A DNA stretch of 64,000 nt, from the NCBI GenBank assembly GCA_001643675.2, contig LSRY02000042.1:682001-746000 (forward strand), written 5' to 3'. The notes beneath the pieces were generated by a model that had not been told where the DNA came from, ran no database searches, and saw only the letters and a program-made list of their open reading frames with translations. Made by a program: the position numbers and the translations under genes. Positions 38,034 to 52,288 of this stretch are shown here, piece by piece. The stretch's first letter is position 1. The number at the start of each line of letters is the position of its first letter. This DNA is from Monocercomonoides exilis PA203. Taxonomy: Eukaryota; Protista; Preaxostyla.

Positions 38034-38370
38034 TAAAAATGCGAATAATACAAAGAGTTGAATGAGAAATCAAAAGCAACTCTCGATCTGAGTTTTTATT
38101 TAAATATGGAAAAAGATGAAGTTTCAATGAAAAAACTTATGTTATGCTTGAAATGATTTCAAAAACACAGTATTTTTTTTAATAACAAATTTCACATTCA
38201 AATCAAATTCAAAAAAAAAAAATCACCATAATCTATATTTCAATTAATAACGAACCAGTTTCAACCAGAGTGTTTAAGAGTTTAGTCCACAAATTTGAAG
38301 TATACAGAGATATACTTTATTTTTTTATTTGTCATCATTATTAATTTTTTAGGATTGCACACCAAATACT

Positions 38371-40656
38371 ATGGAAAATGCATTTGAATTGGAACATCAA
38401 AATCAAATTGTCTGAAAATTTATCCTTTTTTTATTATCAAATTTTCTGTCAACAATAAAAATTTAAATTTTTTTAGGAAAAATCCGCTCAACATGTAACT
38501 ATCTCGGCCCCCCCAAAAAATAATTTAATCAGACCAACTGCAAAACGTCCTCGCTCTCAATCACCTCGACAGCGATTTGCACAAAACGAAAATTCATTGT
38601 CAAAAGAAATGAACAGTCAAATTTCGTTGGAAAGTTCAAAAGTTGAGCAGGCGGTAGGCTATATACCTTCATCTCACCCTGCTGTTAGAGATCATATTCC
38701 ACACTCCAAAACACCACCTCCATCTTTTAAAGAAAATCAAATTGCTGGAGAAAAGAAAGATAGACCTGCATTTCATCTTCAAATACAAAAGACAGCACAA
38801 TTTTCAACAAATCCCACATCACTTTATCCTCCTTCGTTTCTTCTTCCCAGTCTCATTCACAGAGGACACCAAACAGCAGCCTTTAGCAGAAAACGTTTGG
38901 ACGGAACCGAAAAAGCTGAGCTGTTAGATTTTTCTCTTAGTAGTCGTCCACTGACAGCAAGAACTTACGGAACGACTCCACTTCTTCCATCCTCAACTGC
39001 AATCAACAAGCAGCAAACATTTACGATATCCACATCATCGATGGCAGCACCTTCAATAAACAGCCAACCTTCTTCTTCGAATGCGCCTTTGCTCCCACCG
39101 CGCTCCTCCGATAGCAAAACACACGCGCTTTCCAGAAAGCGTCTGGAAACAGCAGCCAAGCGTGGCACTTCGAGTGAACGGTGCAAGCTGCCGAGTGTGG
39201 GAGATGCAGAAGGCGCGAACGAAGGAGCAGGCGAGAGAGAGTGGAGAAGAGAAGGGAGGGGGGACATGGGCAGAAGGGCAGAGAGCGAAGACAGGCGAGA
39301 GCAAGAAGGGGAACAAGAAGGCGATGGACTGATGCTGACTCCCAGAGGAAGAGAAGAAAACAGAGGAGATAGCAGAGGAAGAAAAGGGATAGAGAAAGAA
39401 AAGGAGAAAGAGAAAGAGAGTGGGAAGGAAAGAGAAGAGTGTGCTGACTCAAAAGGAAGAAGCACAGAGAAGCAGAGGCAGGCAGTGCACGAGGCAAGAG
39501 CTGCTGTTGGAATGCGCTCCCATTCATTCAATGGGACACGCCCATCTCGTTCTGTCTCTCCACTCTTCCTCTCTGGCTCTCCTTCTTCTTCTTTCTCTTC
39601 TTCCTTTTCTTCTTCTTCTTCTTCTTCTCCTTCTCCTTCTTCTACAGTCCCTGTTATCAACACCCTCAATGCAGCATTCACCTCTCAGCCTGCCTCTTCC
39701 TCTGTCTCTCCTATTTCCATCCCTTCCATCTCTTTCCCTCACTTCTCACCCGACGGCTCAGACACTTACATGCCTTCTGCTGCACTCCTCTCTTCTTTGG
39801 CCAATGGAAATAACACATCATCATCTTCTTCCTCTTCCTCTTCTTCTTTTTCATCTTCCACCACAACCACCAATCTCGCACCTTATCCCGTTCCTCCATC
39901 AACCACTGCCTCTTTGTCTTCTTTTCAGCCTGAATATACTTCTGACCCATCAAACTCTTCTTCTTCTTCTTCCTCTTCTTCTTCTCCTGTTCGCAATAAC
40001 ACCCTTTCCTCTCCTCTCTCTCCTCGCTCTTATCCTTCTTCTCCACGCTCCCCTCGTTCTCTCTCCCCTGCCTCTTTTCCTGCCCCTTCCTCTCCTCGTC
40101 TCAATCCATCATCATCTTCCTCTTCCTCCTCTTCTTCCTCTTCTCCTTCTCCTTCTTCCTCATTATTCCCTTCCTCTTCTTCCTCTTCTTCCTCCTCCAC
40201 CTCCACCTCCCTCACAGCCAAGCCCCAGTCTCCCTTCCAACCTTCTCTCTCTGCTTTCTCTCAGCAGGCAGATCACTTCCTCTTCCCTCCGATGCATCCT
40301 TCTCCTCTGTCTCATCTTCCTCTCCAGCAGAACGACCTCTTCCTCCGCCCACACACTCAAACACGCTCTGCTAATGCATCTAATAAGAATTCACGTGCTT
40401 CTTCGGCTTCTTCTCATTCTTCTTCAAATGATAATTCTTCTTCCTCTTCTTCTTCATCTGAAGTGAAATTTTCTTCATTTGCTCTTCCTTCATCATCATC
40501 ATCATCATCTTCTTCTTCTTCTTCAGATGCTGTCGATGTTCTTCCTCAGCATCACAGCAATTTATCTGCTCCTCTTCTTTCTTCTTCTTCTTCTTCCTCC
40601 TCCTCTTCTTCAAATAGCTCAAATGCATCTTCAATCACATCACCTCATTCGCCTAA

Positions 40657-40690
<34 letters not shown>

Positions 40691-41840
40691 CCCTCTCCCT
40701 CTTCCTCTTCAATGGAGTTATCAGAAATACAACAATCATCATCATCATCATCATCTTCTTCTTCTTTGTATTATTCCTCGCCCAATTGGAAAGTGTCTAC
40801 ACCACTTCGCTCTTCTCTTCAGAACATTCTGCAACAAGATAACTCAACCAATTCTTCTTCTTCTTCTTCTTCTTCTTCTTCTTCCAATCTGTTTCAATCT
40901 CAATCACAACAACCTCTTTCTCTTGATCCATTTGATGTTCCTTCCTCCTCCTCCTCCTCTTCTTCTTCTCTTTATCCTTCTTCTTTCAACAATCCTTCCT
41001 CTTCTCCTTCTTCCTCTCCCTCTCCATTGGATGTGGCTGAGTCAACAGTGTCTGCAGCGCAATCAATGGGAATAGACATGACAAACCTGGAGAATGCGAT
41101 CAGAGGATGGAGAAGACCTACACTGGTGGCAATGAAGAGGAAGAAGACAAGAAAAGAAGGAAAAGAAGAGAAAGAAGAGAAAGAAGGGAGAATGGGGAAG
41201 AGGAGGATGAGGAGGATGATGAAGAGGAAGAGGAAGGAGGAGAGGAGGAGGAGTGTGTGTGTGGGTGGAGGGGTGAATGAAGAAAAGGGAGAAGAAGGAG
41301 AAGGAGAAGATGATGATGAGATGGATGAAGAAGAAGACGAAGAAGAAGGTTTTACTGAAGACGATGAAGATGCGTTTGATACACTTGAGGCAGTGAATGA
41401 AAGAGAATGGAGAGAAAGAGGAAGAGGAAGAGGCAGAGGCAGAAGCAGAGCAGAAGCAGAAGTGCCTCTTTCTCCACCTTATGTTCCGCCTGTGTCGCCA
41501 AGCAAGACTCCCTTTGCTGATCCCGACAGAGGGATACAGGGAGTGACTATGACATTGTTCCCATTCAAAGGTGTGGTTATTATTGTGATATATAATTATT
41601 AATATTATTGTTTATATATCTTGTATTTATTTTTGCATATCATTTTTATGTGTTATTATTCAATCTTCTATTTATTTAATTATTTAATTATTTATTTATT
41701 TATTTATCTATCTATTAATAAATGAATCAAACAGAGTCAGTGAAGGATAATCCGATGAATATTGTTCTGCCTCCACCACCGAAGACAGAGACAGTGCGAA
41801 GGCTGATGACACAGGAAGGGAGAAGAGAAGAGAGGGAGAG

Positions 41841-41877
<37 letters not shown>

Positions 41878-44800
41878 GAGAAAGAGAGAGAAAGAGAGAA
41901 GGAACAAGAGATTGCGAGGTTGAAGGCGCTGGGGTTGTGGAGAGAGAAAGAGAAAGAGAAAGAGAAGGAGAAGGAGAAAGAGAGAAATCGAGAGAGAGAT
42001 AGAGATAGAGACAACAATCAGTATGGAGAATGGAGAGAAGGAGGATATTCAGATGAAGAAGATGGAGAAGGAGGAGGAGGAGAAGAAGGAGGAGGGGTGA
42101 TGATGATGAATGATGGGACTGTTAATAGTACAGTTAATAGCAACATGAGTGGGATGACAATGGGAAGCAGAGGAAGAAGCAGACAAGCAACGTCAAAGAC
42201 AGACAAAAGAAGAAGAAGCAATTCGAGCAGAAGAGGAGGAAGTGGAGAGGGAGAAGGGAAAAGAGATGGAGAAGATGGAGGAGAAGGAGGAGAAGGAGAA
42301 GGAAATAGAGAGAATGAGAAAGGGATGATGAAGAAGAAGGAGAAGAAGAAGTCGAGGAAGAAGAAGAAGAGGATGATGACAGATGAAAACAGAGCGATTT
42401 TGGGGTTGTTTGGAGTGGATGCGATGGACGATGAAGGGAAAGATGATTCAGATGAGAGTGAGAGCGATGGAGACACAGAAAGTGACAGCGGCTATGAGTC
42501 ATACAATGCATACAACAGAAGAAATAGAGAAGAGGAGGAAGAGGACGATGAGGAGGAAGAAGAAGATGATGAAGAGGGAGGAGAAGGAGGAGAAGGAGGA
42601 GGAGGAGGAGAGAGAAGGAGGAAAGGAGGAGCGAAGAAGGCGAAGAGGAGGAAGATAGTGCAGTTTTCTAAGCTTGGGCCTCGTTTTGGGCAGAGTGAGA
42701 AGAAGCTGGAGAACACATTGAAGAGCGAGATAGAGAGGACGAAGGAGATGGAGGAGGAGAGGAAGAAAGAAGAGCAGAGAGAGAAAGAAGAGGAAAGGCA
42801 GAGGAAGTTGGCTATTCAGGAGCAGCTGAAGGCGAAAGTGCAGAATTTTGATGTGGTGATGGCGAGGTTTGCAGAAGAGACAGGGAAAAGCGAGAAGCAA
42901 ATCCATTCTGTTCTGAAGGGAGCATTTCGAACAGGGCTGTTGGATGGACAGTATATTGCGCCTCCTCTTCCGCACAGGCAGAGGAAAAGGCTGTTTGACA
43001 AGAAAGGAGTCACCCCCACGCCGTCCATTGTGTTTGGGTGTTTTGAGACAGACGAATACATCTCACCAGCAGCCTTTGCAGAGTGGCAGGAGATGCTGGG
43101 GATGAAGAACATTCTCTATGCTCAGTATCTGTATTGGGTGATGGTGGTGGCTGGGAAGGAGCTGATGACACGGAATGAGCAGCCAAAGGTAGGTGCAGTG
43201 AAGAACGGGATCGACTGGCACACGGCGCCGATTCCGCTGTGTGAAGTGATGGAGGCAGCAGAAGCGAATGAGAGGAGGGCGAAGAGGAAAGAGGAGAAGA
43301 GGAGGAAGGAAATGGCGATGGGAATGGGAATGAATAAAGTGGAGGATTTCTATGTAGATGCGCCAGAGAAGAAGGAAGGAGGAGAAGGAAGAGGAGAAGG
43401 GAAAGGGAAAAATGGGATGGATTCAGAGTCAGATGAAGAAAGCGAAGAAGATCAGCAGAATGGAAGTGGAGGAGGAGCAAATGAAGACAATCAGAACAGT
43501 TCAGTGGAAGGAGCATTGGCGAGGTGCTTTGTGTTTGGTGGGCAAGTGAACCAGCTGAACTTTCTGTCGCCTCAGATTGGAGAAGAGGAAGGGGGTGGAT
43601 ATGAGAGAAGACGATGGAGTGGCACTTCTGTTGGGAATGTGCCGTTGACTCCCACAACACCACTGACACCCACCACACCCACTGCTTCTGCATTCCCTTT
43701 GTCATCATCATCATCTTCTTCTTCTTCATCTTCCTCTTCTTCTCCAAGGCAACAGCAGATTGCTCGGCAGAAGCAGCGGAAGAAGGAGCAGCGGAGGGCG
43801 AACAGGCTGAGAATAGAACAAGATTATTCGTGTCCCATCGATGCCTCCTCGTTCTACATGACTCTTCGCTCTCTGCTGGCTGTCATTGGCAGTCTGAGCG
43901 TCATCACTAAGGCTTCTGCCTCTGCTGCTGCCTCAGCCTCTCCATTCAGCTTCTCTTCTCTTATCTCTCTTTCTTCATCATCATCATCATCTTCTTCTTC
44001 TTCTAAATCTTCTAATTCTTCTTCCAATTCATCATCATCTTCTTCTTCCTCTTTGCCAGATGCTAATTTCGTACCCTCTCACGAGCTTCGTCTCTATCTT
44101 GTGTCTCGCTATCTGTTCCGCCTGTTTGATTGGGACCAGGACTCGTTCATCAGTGGGAATGATCTGTACAACGTGATCTCTTCGCTGCACAGTGGCATTG
44201 AAGAAGAAGATTTGATCGCTCTGCTTCAGATGGTGTTTGCAGAGTGTGACGAAGATGGCGATGGGAAGCTGTCTTTTTGGGAGTTCTGCCGAAGAGGAAG
44301 AGGACCTCACCATCGGCTGCTGGCATTTGTGATGGATGTGTTTGCAGCGATGGGGGGAGAAGAAGAAGGGGAAGGAAGAGAAGAACAAGAAGGGAATGAG
44401 AATGAGAATGGGAAGGGTGAAGGGAAGAGTGGAAGTGCAGAAAAGAATGCGAGAAAGGATGGAGAAGCAGGAAGTGATGGGGCTAATGGAGAACAAAACC
44501 AGGATGAGAAAGGGAGGGATTTGGCGACACCTCCTCCGCTGGTTGATGTGAATGGCTCTCAAACAACAGCATCATCAGCAGCAACAACAACAGGAAAAGA
44601 TAACAATTTATCCTCTTCCTCTTCTTCTGCTCCTTCTTCCTCTCTTTCTTCTCTCCCTCGTCCTTCCACCCCTTTCCACTTCGATCCGAACTCCGATGCC
44701 TTCTATGGAAGGTGGCGTCTGCGCGATCCAGAGCAATGCGACCCGCTCACCTTCCGAAAGCGCTCGGGGACACACGGAATCTCTCTTGTGCTGAGTGAGA

Positions 44801-45951
44801 ACAGGAGGACAGGGACAGATGTGGTGCTATCTCTTCTGTTTGACCGGCAGATGTGGAGTGAGAGGGATGCGTCGGCGTGGTGGTACTCAAACAGCCACCG
44901 GTTTGTGAGGGAGTGGCACAGCGGGATGTGGAAGGAGAGGGGCATCAATCCGAAGAAGACGATTCCTGCGCCTTATCGAATGCCAGCCTCAGAGCAAAAA
45001 GGGAAGATTGAAGTGGCTGTGCCTGATACGATTGAGAGGAGGCTGAAGGAGAAAGAGGAGGACAGGAAGAAGGAGAAGGAGAGGGTGCAGAAGGAGAAGG
45101 AAGACCAGGAGAAGCTGGCGAAGGCGAATGAGAAGCTGTTGGAGAAGATGAAAGCGCATCCGAACAAGAAGCTGGCAGGGACGAGTACATTGGCTGGAAA
45201 GGAATCTCCTTCGAAGCACCGGCTCATTTGCGAGGTGGCTGTTTCTTCGACTTCTTCCACGACGACACTCACCACGCCCAGCCAGCTGACAAGCAGAAGC
45301 AACATGTCAAAGCCCAAAACGAGACCCCGGCCGATCATTGTGCCGACAACTGGGTCGTCGAATGCATCGTCCTTTTATCGCCAGCCTCCACTCACAGCAA
45401 AGGAAACTAGAACAGCTGGAAGAGGAAGGATAACAGCTTCTTCTTCTTCAAATTCTTCATCTTCTATTTCTTCGAATTCTTCATCTTCTTCTTCTTCATC
45501 ATCACCTTCTTCTTCTTCTTCTCTTCTTCCCAGGCGCAGTTCATCTCAGCCTCGTTCCTCTGCCTTTCGTTCGGCTTCTCCGCCTTCTCTTTCTTCGTCT
45601 TCTGGTTCTGCCTCAAAACATCCATTGACTCCAACTGATGTTACTCATTCTGATTCATTGCTTTCTCCAAAGTCATCAACATCAACATCATCATCAACAA
45701 CTGCTGCTACAAATAATAATAATAATACAAACACATCTTCTTCTTCTTCTTCTTCTTCATCATCATCTTCTTCTTCAGTTAAAGTGAAACTTTCATCAAC
45801 CACTTCTTCTTCTTCTTCTTCTACTTCTTCTTTGTCTTCTGTGAATTCGTTGTCTTCCACTCTTTCAAGTAACAGTTCTTCTCTTCCGCCAAAGCCAAAG
45901 GCAAAAGTGAAACGGACAGTTGCTTTTTCATCCACCTTTACATCGCCATAG
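38371..45951 (+). CDS. Giant (~2400 aa) Ser/Glu-rich low-complexity protein with an EF-hand pair
   Basis: The 1001-aa and 1409-aa ORFs are joined in frame by intron 41571-41734. EF-hands FRLFDWDQDSFISGNDL and FAECDEDGDGKLSFWEF lie at ~44115-44290. The start and 5' exons are uncertain. Confidence 0.8.
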
Positions 45952-46912
45952 AGAATTGTAGGTGAATAAATAAGTTTGTATAGAAATGGTTGAATGATGT
46001 ATAGGATTTCTTTCTTTATGGCTTGTAAGTTATGTAAAGTTTATATTTGAATGAAGAAATTATTTCAGATGATTTAACAAGAAATGGAGTGATGTTTGAA
46101 TAGAGCAACTCGAAAGGAATACACGAACACTAAAAAAAAAAAAAGTGAATGAAAACTCAACAAAAAAAGCTATTGAAAGAAATAAAAACGTGTGTTGGTG
46201 CCTCAGAAATTTCATTATGTTTCTCTCTTTTCTCTCTCTTTTCTCTCTCTGTTTTTTTATTTCGAATAAATTGATCTGTCAACATTCTCTTGTGAACCTT
46301 ATTTATTATTATGATTATTATTATTATTGTTATTATGTTATTATAAATAACTGTTTGTTATGTGGATATGTTTCTTAATTAGTTTCGCACACTTTGAACA
46401 ACCTTTTCTTTCTGTTTCTTGTATTATTATTGTCACTTTTCTATGATATTATCAACTTCACTTTCGATTGTCTCTCTTTTTAAATTTTTTCTTTTTCAGA
46501 AAAATTTCATTTCATTTTCGTTCATTTTTTTTTATTTTCGTTGATTATCTGCATAATTTTTTATATTGAATGAATCGAAAGTGATATGACATAATTTTTT
46601 CATTGTGATTAATAAGAATTCAATTTTTTCTATTCTTTTGCCTTTGAGTGTTTAAACAATGAAAGTGAAGCAAATTTGAATAAATAATAATAATAATAAT
46701 AATAATAATGACAAAAATTCCAGTTATTTTGATTAAGCGAAAATGCTTTCATTGTAACATGAACTTAACGGATTTAGCAACTTTTGAATCAAAAATTTCT
46801 TTGAGATTTTATTAATGGTTGATCTTCGATCAATTATTTATTAGTTTTTGTTTTTGATTTTTTTCATTGTCAAAAGTTATTTGGGCTTGCTATTTTCTCA
46901 ATACGAAGAAAG

Positions 46913-49900
46913 ATGTCAAGTCTACCTAAAAAATCATTTACAGCAAGAATGGCAGACACTACATCAGTTGTCATTCAAAAAACAGCATCATCAATTATTG
47001 AGCCAGTTAGATGGCTGACGTCAAAGGATGGAGTTGCAAAAAAAGGTTCCACCGAAAAAGAGCTTGATACTGAAGATGAACTATGGCTAAAAAAGCATCC
47101 TTATCCAATTCTTCTTCGTTACGGCTCAATCGGTAAACGGGAATTTAAGCCTCAGCAAGAACAAGCATCTAACTCTATTTCATCTGCTTCTTCTTCTATC
47201 TCATCTTTTCCTTCTTCTGAAAGCAAATCTGCTTCTGCTTTGATGGCGCTTTTGAACAATGCATCAGTCGACGATGATATTGAAGTGAAATTTCCTCTTA
47301 TGCCTGGAATTTTCACTGCAAACGGTGGAGTACGTATCTCAGATTGCGGATTTCGAACGATGATGAAGCAACAACGGGCGCTATTTGAAGCTGGGAAATG
47401 GGAGGAGAAATTTATTGATCGACATTGGAGAAGAGTTAGACGCGTTCGGAGGATAGAAAGGTTGAACGGATGGGCTGATTGGAGGGAGAAATGCAAAGAA
47501 GCTAAAAGGAAGGAAAGGAAGGAGAAGAAAGAGCAGAAAAAGAAATTGTTGAGCCAAAATAAAAGCAAAAGCAGAAGTGGAATGAATTCTGAAAGAGAAA
47601 AAGAGAATATCGATGATTTTGAAGAAAGCGACGAAGACGAATGGAATCCAAAGCCAATTAAAAAAATGTCTTCTTCAACAGCCTACACAAAACATAAATT
47701 GCCCAAAGGAAAAGATGAGATTTCCTTTGGGAAGAAAATGGGAAAGCCATTTCGAATTGGAAAAGAAGACGACGAAGAGGAAGATGAAATTGAATACAAG
47801 AAAAATATCGAAGAAAGCGACAGCGAAGAAGAACTGAGTGAAAGTGAGTTTACAGAAGATCAGGAATTCATTGAAAAAGAAGAAGAAAGCCTGGAAAAGA
47901 AGCGTCTTGGAATGATAGCAGACTTGTTTGAAGGCGACATTTCATTCACTTTCACATCAGCGCCTGAGAAGGAAGAGGACGAAGACGACAGCCGAATGAG
48001 TGAGGAAGAGAGGAAGAAGATTCTGTCACTTTATCACGACCCATTTGAAAGCTCATTCAGAAAGGAGAATGAAAAGGGAGAGAAAGACGGCCAAATGAAG
48101 AAGAAACATAAATCAAAAAAGAAAGCACATGATGATGATGATGATGATGATGAAAAGGAAGAAGGAGACGAAGACGAAGAAGCAGAAGAAGACGCAAAAG
48201 AAGAATTAGACAGAACAAAAGAGACAAGTTTAGAGAAAGTTCCCGAGTTTAGCACAGCGACATGGTATTTGAACAGAGAGAAGACGAAAGAGAAGAACAT
48301 TGCTGTGTATGTGCTCTCGTTTGACTCTGCTCTTCAGCCAGTGTGGGAAGAGGAGAATGAGGAAGAAGGAGAAGAAGCACCGCAGCCACTTCAGAGTGAG
48401 AATGAGGAGAATGCTCTGTCTCCTTCAAAGACACAACAGCAGAAAGAAGGAAAAGAGAAGAGAAGAGAAGAAGAAGACGATGAAGGAGAAAGAGAAGGAG
48501 AAAGTGAAAGCAAAGACAAAGACAAAAAGAAAGAAGAAGACGGGATGCAAGTGGCGACGAAAGCGGTTGCGTCTTTTTGGAATGCGAGTGTGAATCTGAT
48601 TGCAGGCTTCATCCAAACAGCCTTCTCTTCCCAGCCGTCTTCCACCCCGCCCACAAAAAGCGAACTGTCTCTGCGCTTCTTCTGCCGCTCGCTTCGGATG
48701 GAGATGAACAGCATTCTGGTGGATGCAGTGACGCTGATGGTGGGGAAGACGCTTATCTCTGCATTCTCCTTCTTCTCCCTCACATTCTCCCTCACCCGCT
48801 CTGTGCCCCGTGCGCTTTCTGCTGCCACTCTGGCTGCCACACCCGTCGATGCAGATGAGGAGACCATTCGACATGTGTTTGGGATGAAGAAGAAGCCGAA
48901 AAGAATGAGTGGCGATTCGAAAGGAATGAAAGGATTCAGCGAGTATGTGAGCAGACTGTCACAGGAGCAGTTTCTGTCTGAGGGGAAGAGCGATAACAGC
49001 AATAGCAATAGAGATAGAGATAGAGATAGCAATATTAGTGGTGGTATTAGCAGCATCAGCAGTGAACAATCACCTTCTGCAAAGAGACAGCAAGGGCAGG
49101 CGTCGTTTTCTATCACAGGGATGCTGAAGAAGATTATGAATGCATCGCAATCTTCTTCGCCGAATGGGGCAAAGAGAAATAGTTCAGCAGCGTCTGCTTT
49201 TGAAGATCTGGTTGCTATTTCAGAGGAGAATGAGAGGAGGTACTCGAAACATGGCACTCATTCAAAGGATGATGAGGAGGATGATGATGATACTTTTGAT
49301 GGCGTGAATGCATCTCATATGTCATCTGCATCTTCTTCTTCTTCTTCTTCTTTCTCATCTGTCTCTTCTCGTTCATTTGCCCCTGCTAAATCATTATCTT
49401 CTTCTTCTTCTTCTTCCTTCTCTTCCTTCTCTTCTCAATCAAAATCCAAATCTCGTTCTTCTCTTCATCCAAGCACAGCCACAGCCACAACAACACCCGC
49501 AATGCCATTTTCTGTGCCGGCATCGCATTCATTGGCAGCTCCGAAGACATCAACAGACTTTTTCAGCCAATTTCTTGGAGGAGAAGGAGGAGAAGGAGGA
49601 GGAGAGGAAGAAGAAGGAGAAAAGAACAGAATGAAGAAGAATGAAGGAAAGAAGACAAAACAAGGGGTGAGTAAGAAAATAGAGACGGAGAAGGAAAAAG
49701 AAGAGGGAGAGGTTGATGAGGATGAAAAGAAAGATGTGCAGAAAAAGAAAAAGAAGATTGTTATAAAAGAAGAGGAAGAAGAAGAGGAAGAGGAAGAAGA
49801 AAATGAAACAAGAAAACAGGATTCAGATGAAGAGAGTAAGAAAGAGAAAGGAAAAGAAAGCAAAAAAGAGGAGGAGGAGGAAGATGATGAAAAGGAAGAA

Positions 49901-51935
49901 GAAGAGAAAGAAGAGAAAGAGCTAAAAGAGATTGAAGAACAAGAAAAACAAGCACAAAATGAAGAAGAAGAGGAAGGAGAAGAAGAAGGAGATGTGAAGT
50001 TTGATATATTTGAGTTTTCTTCGTGTTTGACCAACAATGAGATAGCGTGTATCAGTGTGTCTGGTGACTGGGATGATTACAAGACGAGCATTCCTCTCTC
50101 TTTGCACAAAAACAGATGGGTTTTGAGAAGCAGCGAGAACGAATTGAAAGAGAAAGAGAAGGAGGAGAAAGAAGAGAAAGAGAAGGAAATGAAGAAAGCA
50201 GAGGAAGAGAAGAAAGCAACAGAGAATGAAGAAGCAGGAGGAAAGAAGAAGAACAAAAGAAAGCAGAATAAGAAAGGGAAAAGGAAAGCAGAGCAGAATC
50301 AGAAGAAAGAAGAAGAGGAAGAAGAAGTGAAAGTTGAAGCAAAAGAAGGAGAAGAAGAAGAAGACAAAGCGAAGAAGGAAGCAAAAGCGAAAGAAGAAGG
50401 ATTCAATTTGCTTCAACTTGATGGGAAAAGAGTGAAGTTCAGATTTCTTGTGAATGAGGCATTGCAGATGACATCGACGAAATACGAGGAAGAGAAGAAC
50501 GAAGAAGGGGAAGAGTATAACATTGCAACAATACACTTTGAAGAGCTTATTCAGAAAGAGAGAGAGAAGAGAGAGGAGAGAGAAAGGGAGAAGAAGGAAA
50601 GAAGAGAGAGAAAGAAGGAACTGGAGAAGAAGAGAGAAGAGAGAGAAAGAAGGAAGAAGAAGAAGATGGAGGAGATTCAGAAGGAAAAAGAAGCAAAAGA
50701 AAAAAGAGAAGAGGAAGAGAGAAGAGAGAAAGAGAGAAAGGAGAAAGAAGAGAAGGAAAGGAAAGAGAAAGAGAAGAAAGAAAGAGAAGAGAAAGAGAGG
50801 AAAGAAAAGGAAGAAAAAGAAAGAGAAGAAAGAGAAGAAAGAGAGAGGAAGAAGAGAGAAGAAAAGGAGAAAAAAGAGCAAGAAGAGAAGAAGAGAAGAG
50901 AAGAAGCTCAACAAAAGAAAGAAAAGGAGAAGAAAGAAGCATCGCAGCCATCGAACTCTAAAGCAGCCAAAGGCAAAGAGAATGCAAATTCCAATATGAA
51001 TGTCACGAAAGGGAATGAAGGAGCAGCAGGAGAGCAGGAGAAGAGAGGGAAAGGGAAGGGCAAAAACAAAGGGAAGCAGAAGACAAATGCTAATGCAGAA
51101 GCTGCAGCTCAAAACAAACAGGAATCTGAAGCGAATAAACAGACACACGAGATAATTGAGGCAGCACCAGTTGTGCAGACGAAGAGGAAAGGGAAGAGGA
51201 AGATGATGATTGAAGACGATGATGAAGAAGAGATTGAGAAGAATGAGAGGAGCGAGAAGGAGAAAGAGACAGACGGTGAGTCTGTTTCGAGTGTGTCAGC
51301 TGAGCGAGAAGAGAGTCCATCGAAGGCGAATGGCGGAGAGAGCTCGGCTCATTCGTCGCCTGACAGGGCATCGCAGACAGGAGAGTCAGCAGAGCAGGCA
51401 GAGAGTGCTGGGCAGGGAGAGCACAGGAACAGCAACTTGGCGTCGTCTGCAAGTGCCACGGCGTCTGCGGCAGCGAGGTGGGTGTCGAATACTCTGTCAT
51501 TCTTCCGCCACAAGAGAAGAGAGACGAAGTGGGGCGGAAGGGTTGGGGAGATTAAGAGCAGATATGCACAGCACGTGAAGGAGGAGGAGGAAGAGGACGA
51601 GATGCAGAGGGAGGGAGATGGCAGTGAGGACGAGGAGGAAATCGAAAGTGCATCGAAAGCAGGGCAGCAGCAACAGAAGAAGAAGAAGAAGACGGCGAGT
51701 GATGCGAAGAGAGGGAGATGGGGGTGGGAGAGGAAGATGATTGCAGAGATAAGACGCATTGGGTTCTGTTTTGAGAGAGGGCTGGATGCACTTGTGATGA
51801 GCCATGCAGAAGAGCTGAGAGAGAATGAAAGCAGAAAACGTTCTGAGAGTGGCAGCGATTCAGACATGGATGGAAGCATGTCTGATGAAGATGGCATTTA
51901 CAGTGACAAGAAAATGTGTGTATTTATTTTATTGT

Positions 51936-51982
<47 letters not shown>

Positions 51983-52023
51983 TTAATTTATTTATTTATT
52001 TATTTATTTATTAATTTATTAAT

Positions 52024-52054
<31 letters not shown>

Positions 52055-52288
52055 TATCCACTTTTCATAATGTCACTTGCGAAATTTGATGTCATTACAG
52101 ATTGGAATTGCAGGAGAAGGTTTGTATAAATTTTCTTTTGAGAATATTTGTTTTAATATTTAATTTCGATTCTATTTTCATTGTTTTGTTTATTTTCTCA
52201 GTTTGCACCGTGCTACAAATACATATTTGATGACACTGATTCTGCAGTGGATTGCATCTCATACTTCTTTGATGTTCTGACATCCTAA
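46913..52288 (+). CDS. ~1700-aa Glu/Lys-rich protein with an interrupted AMPK-beta-type CBM48 domain
   Basis: Exons 46913-51915, 52101-52119 and 52202-52288 are in frame. CBM48 halves ISVSGDWDDYKTSIPL...RWVL and VKFRFLVNE...EEGEEYNIATI. The IYLF tail in the ORF track is an intronic (TTTA)n. Confidence 0.75.

Noticed and set aside
49922-51148. Long antisense Phe/Leu/Ser-rich ORFs (also 57013..58110, 39420..40466, 48391..49257)
   Set aside because: These are shadow frames of GAA/TCT-rich low-complexity coding sequence that lacks stop codons; there is no independent evidence for them.
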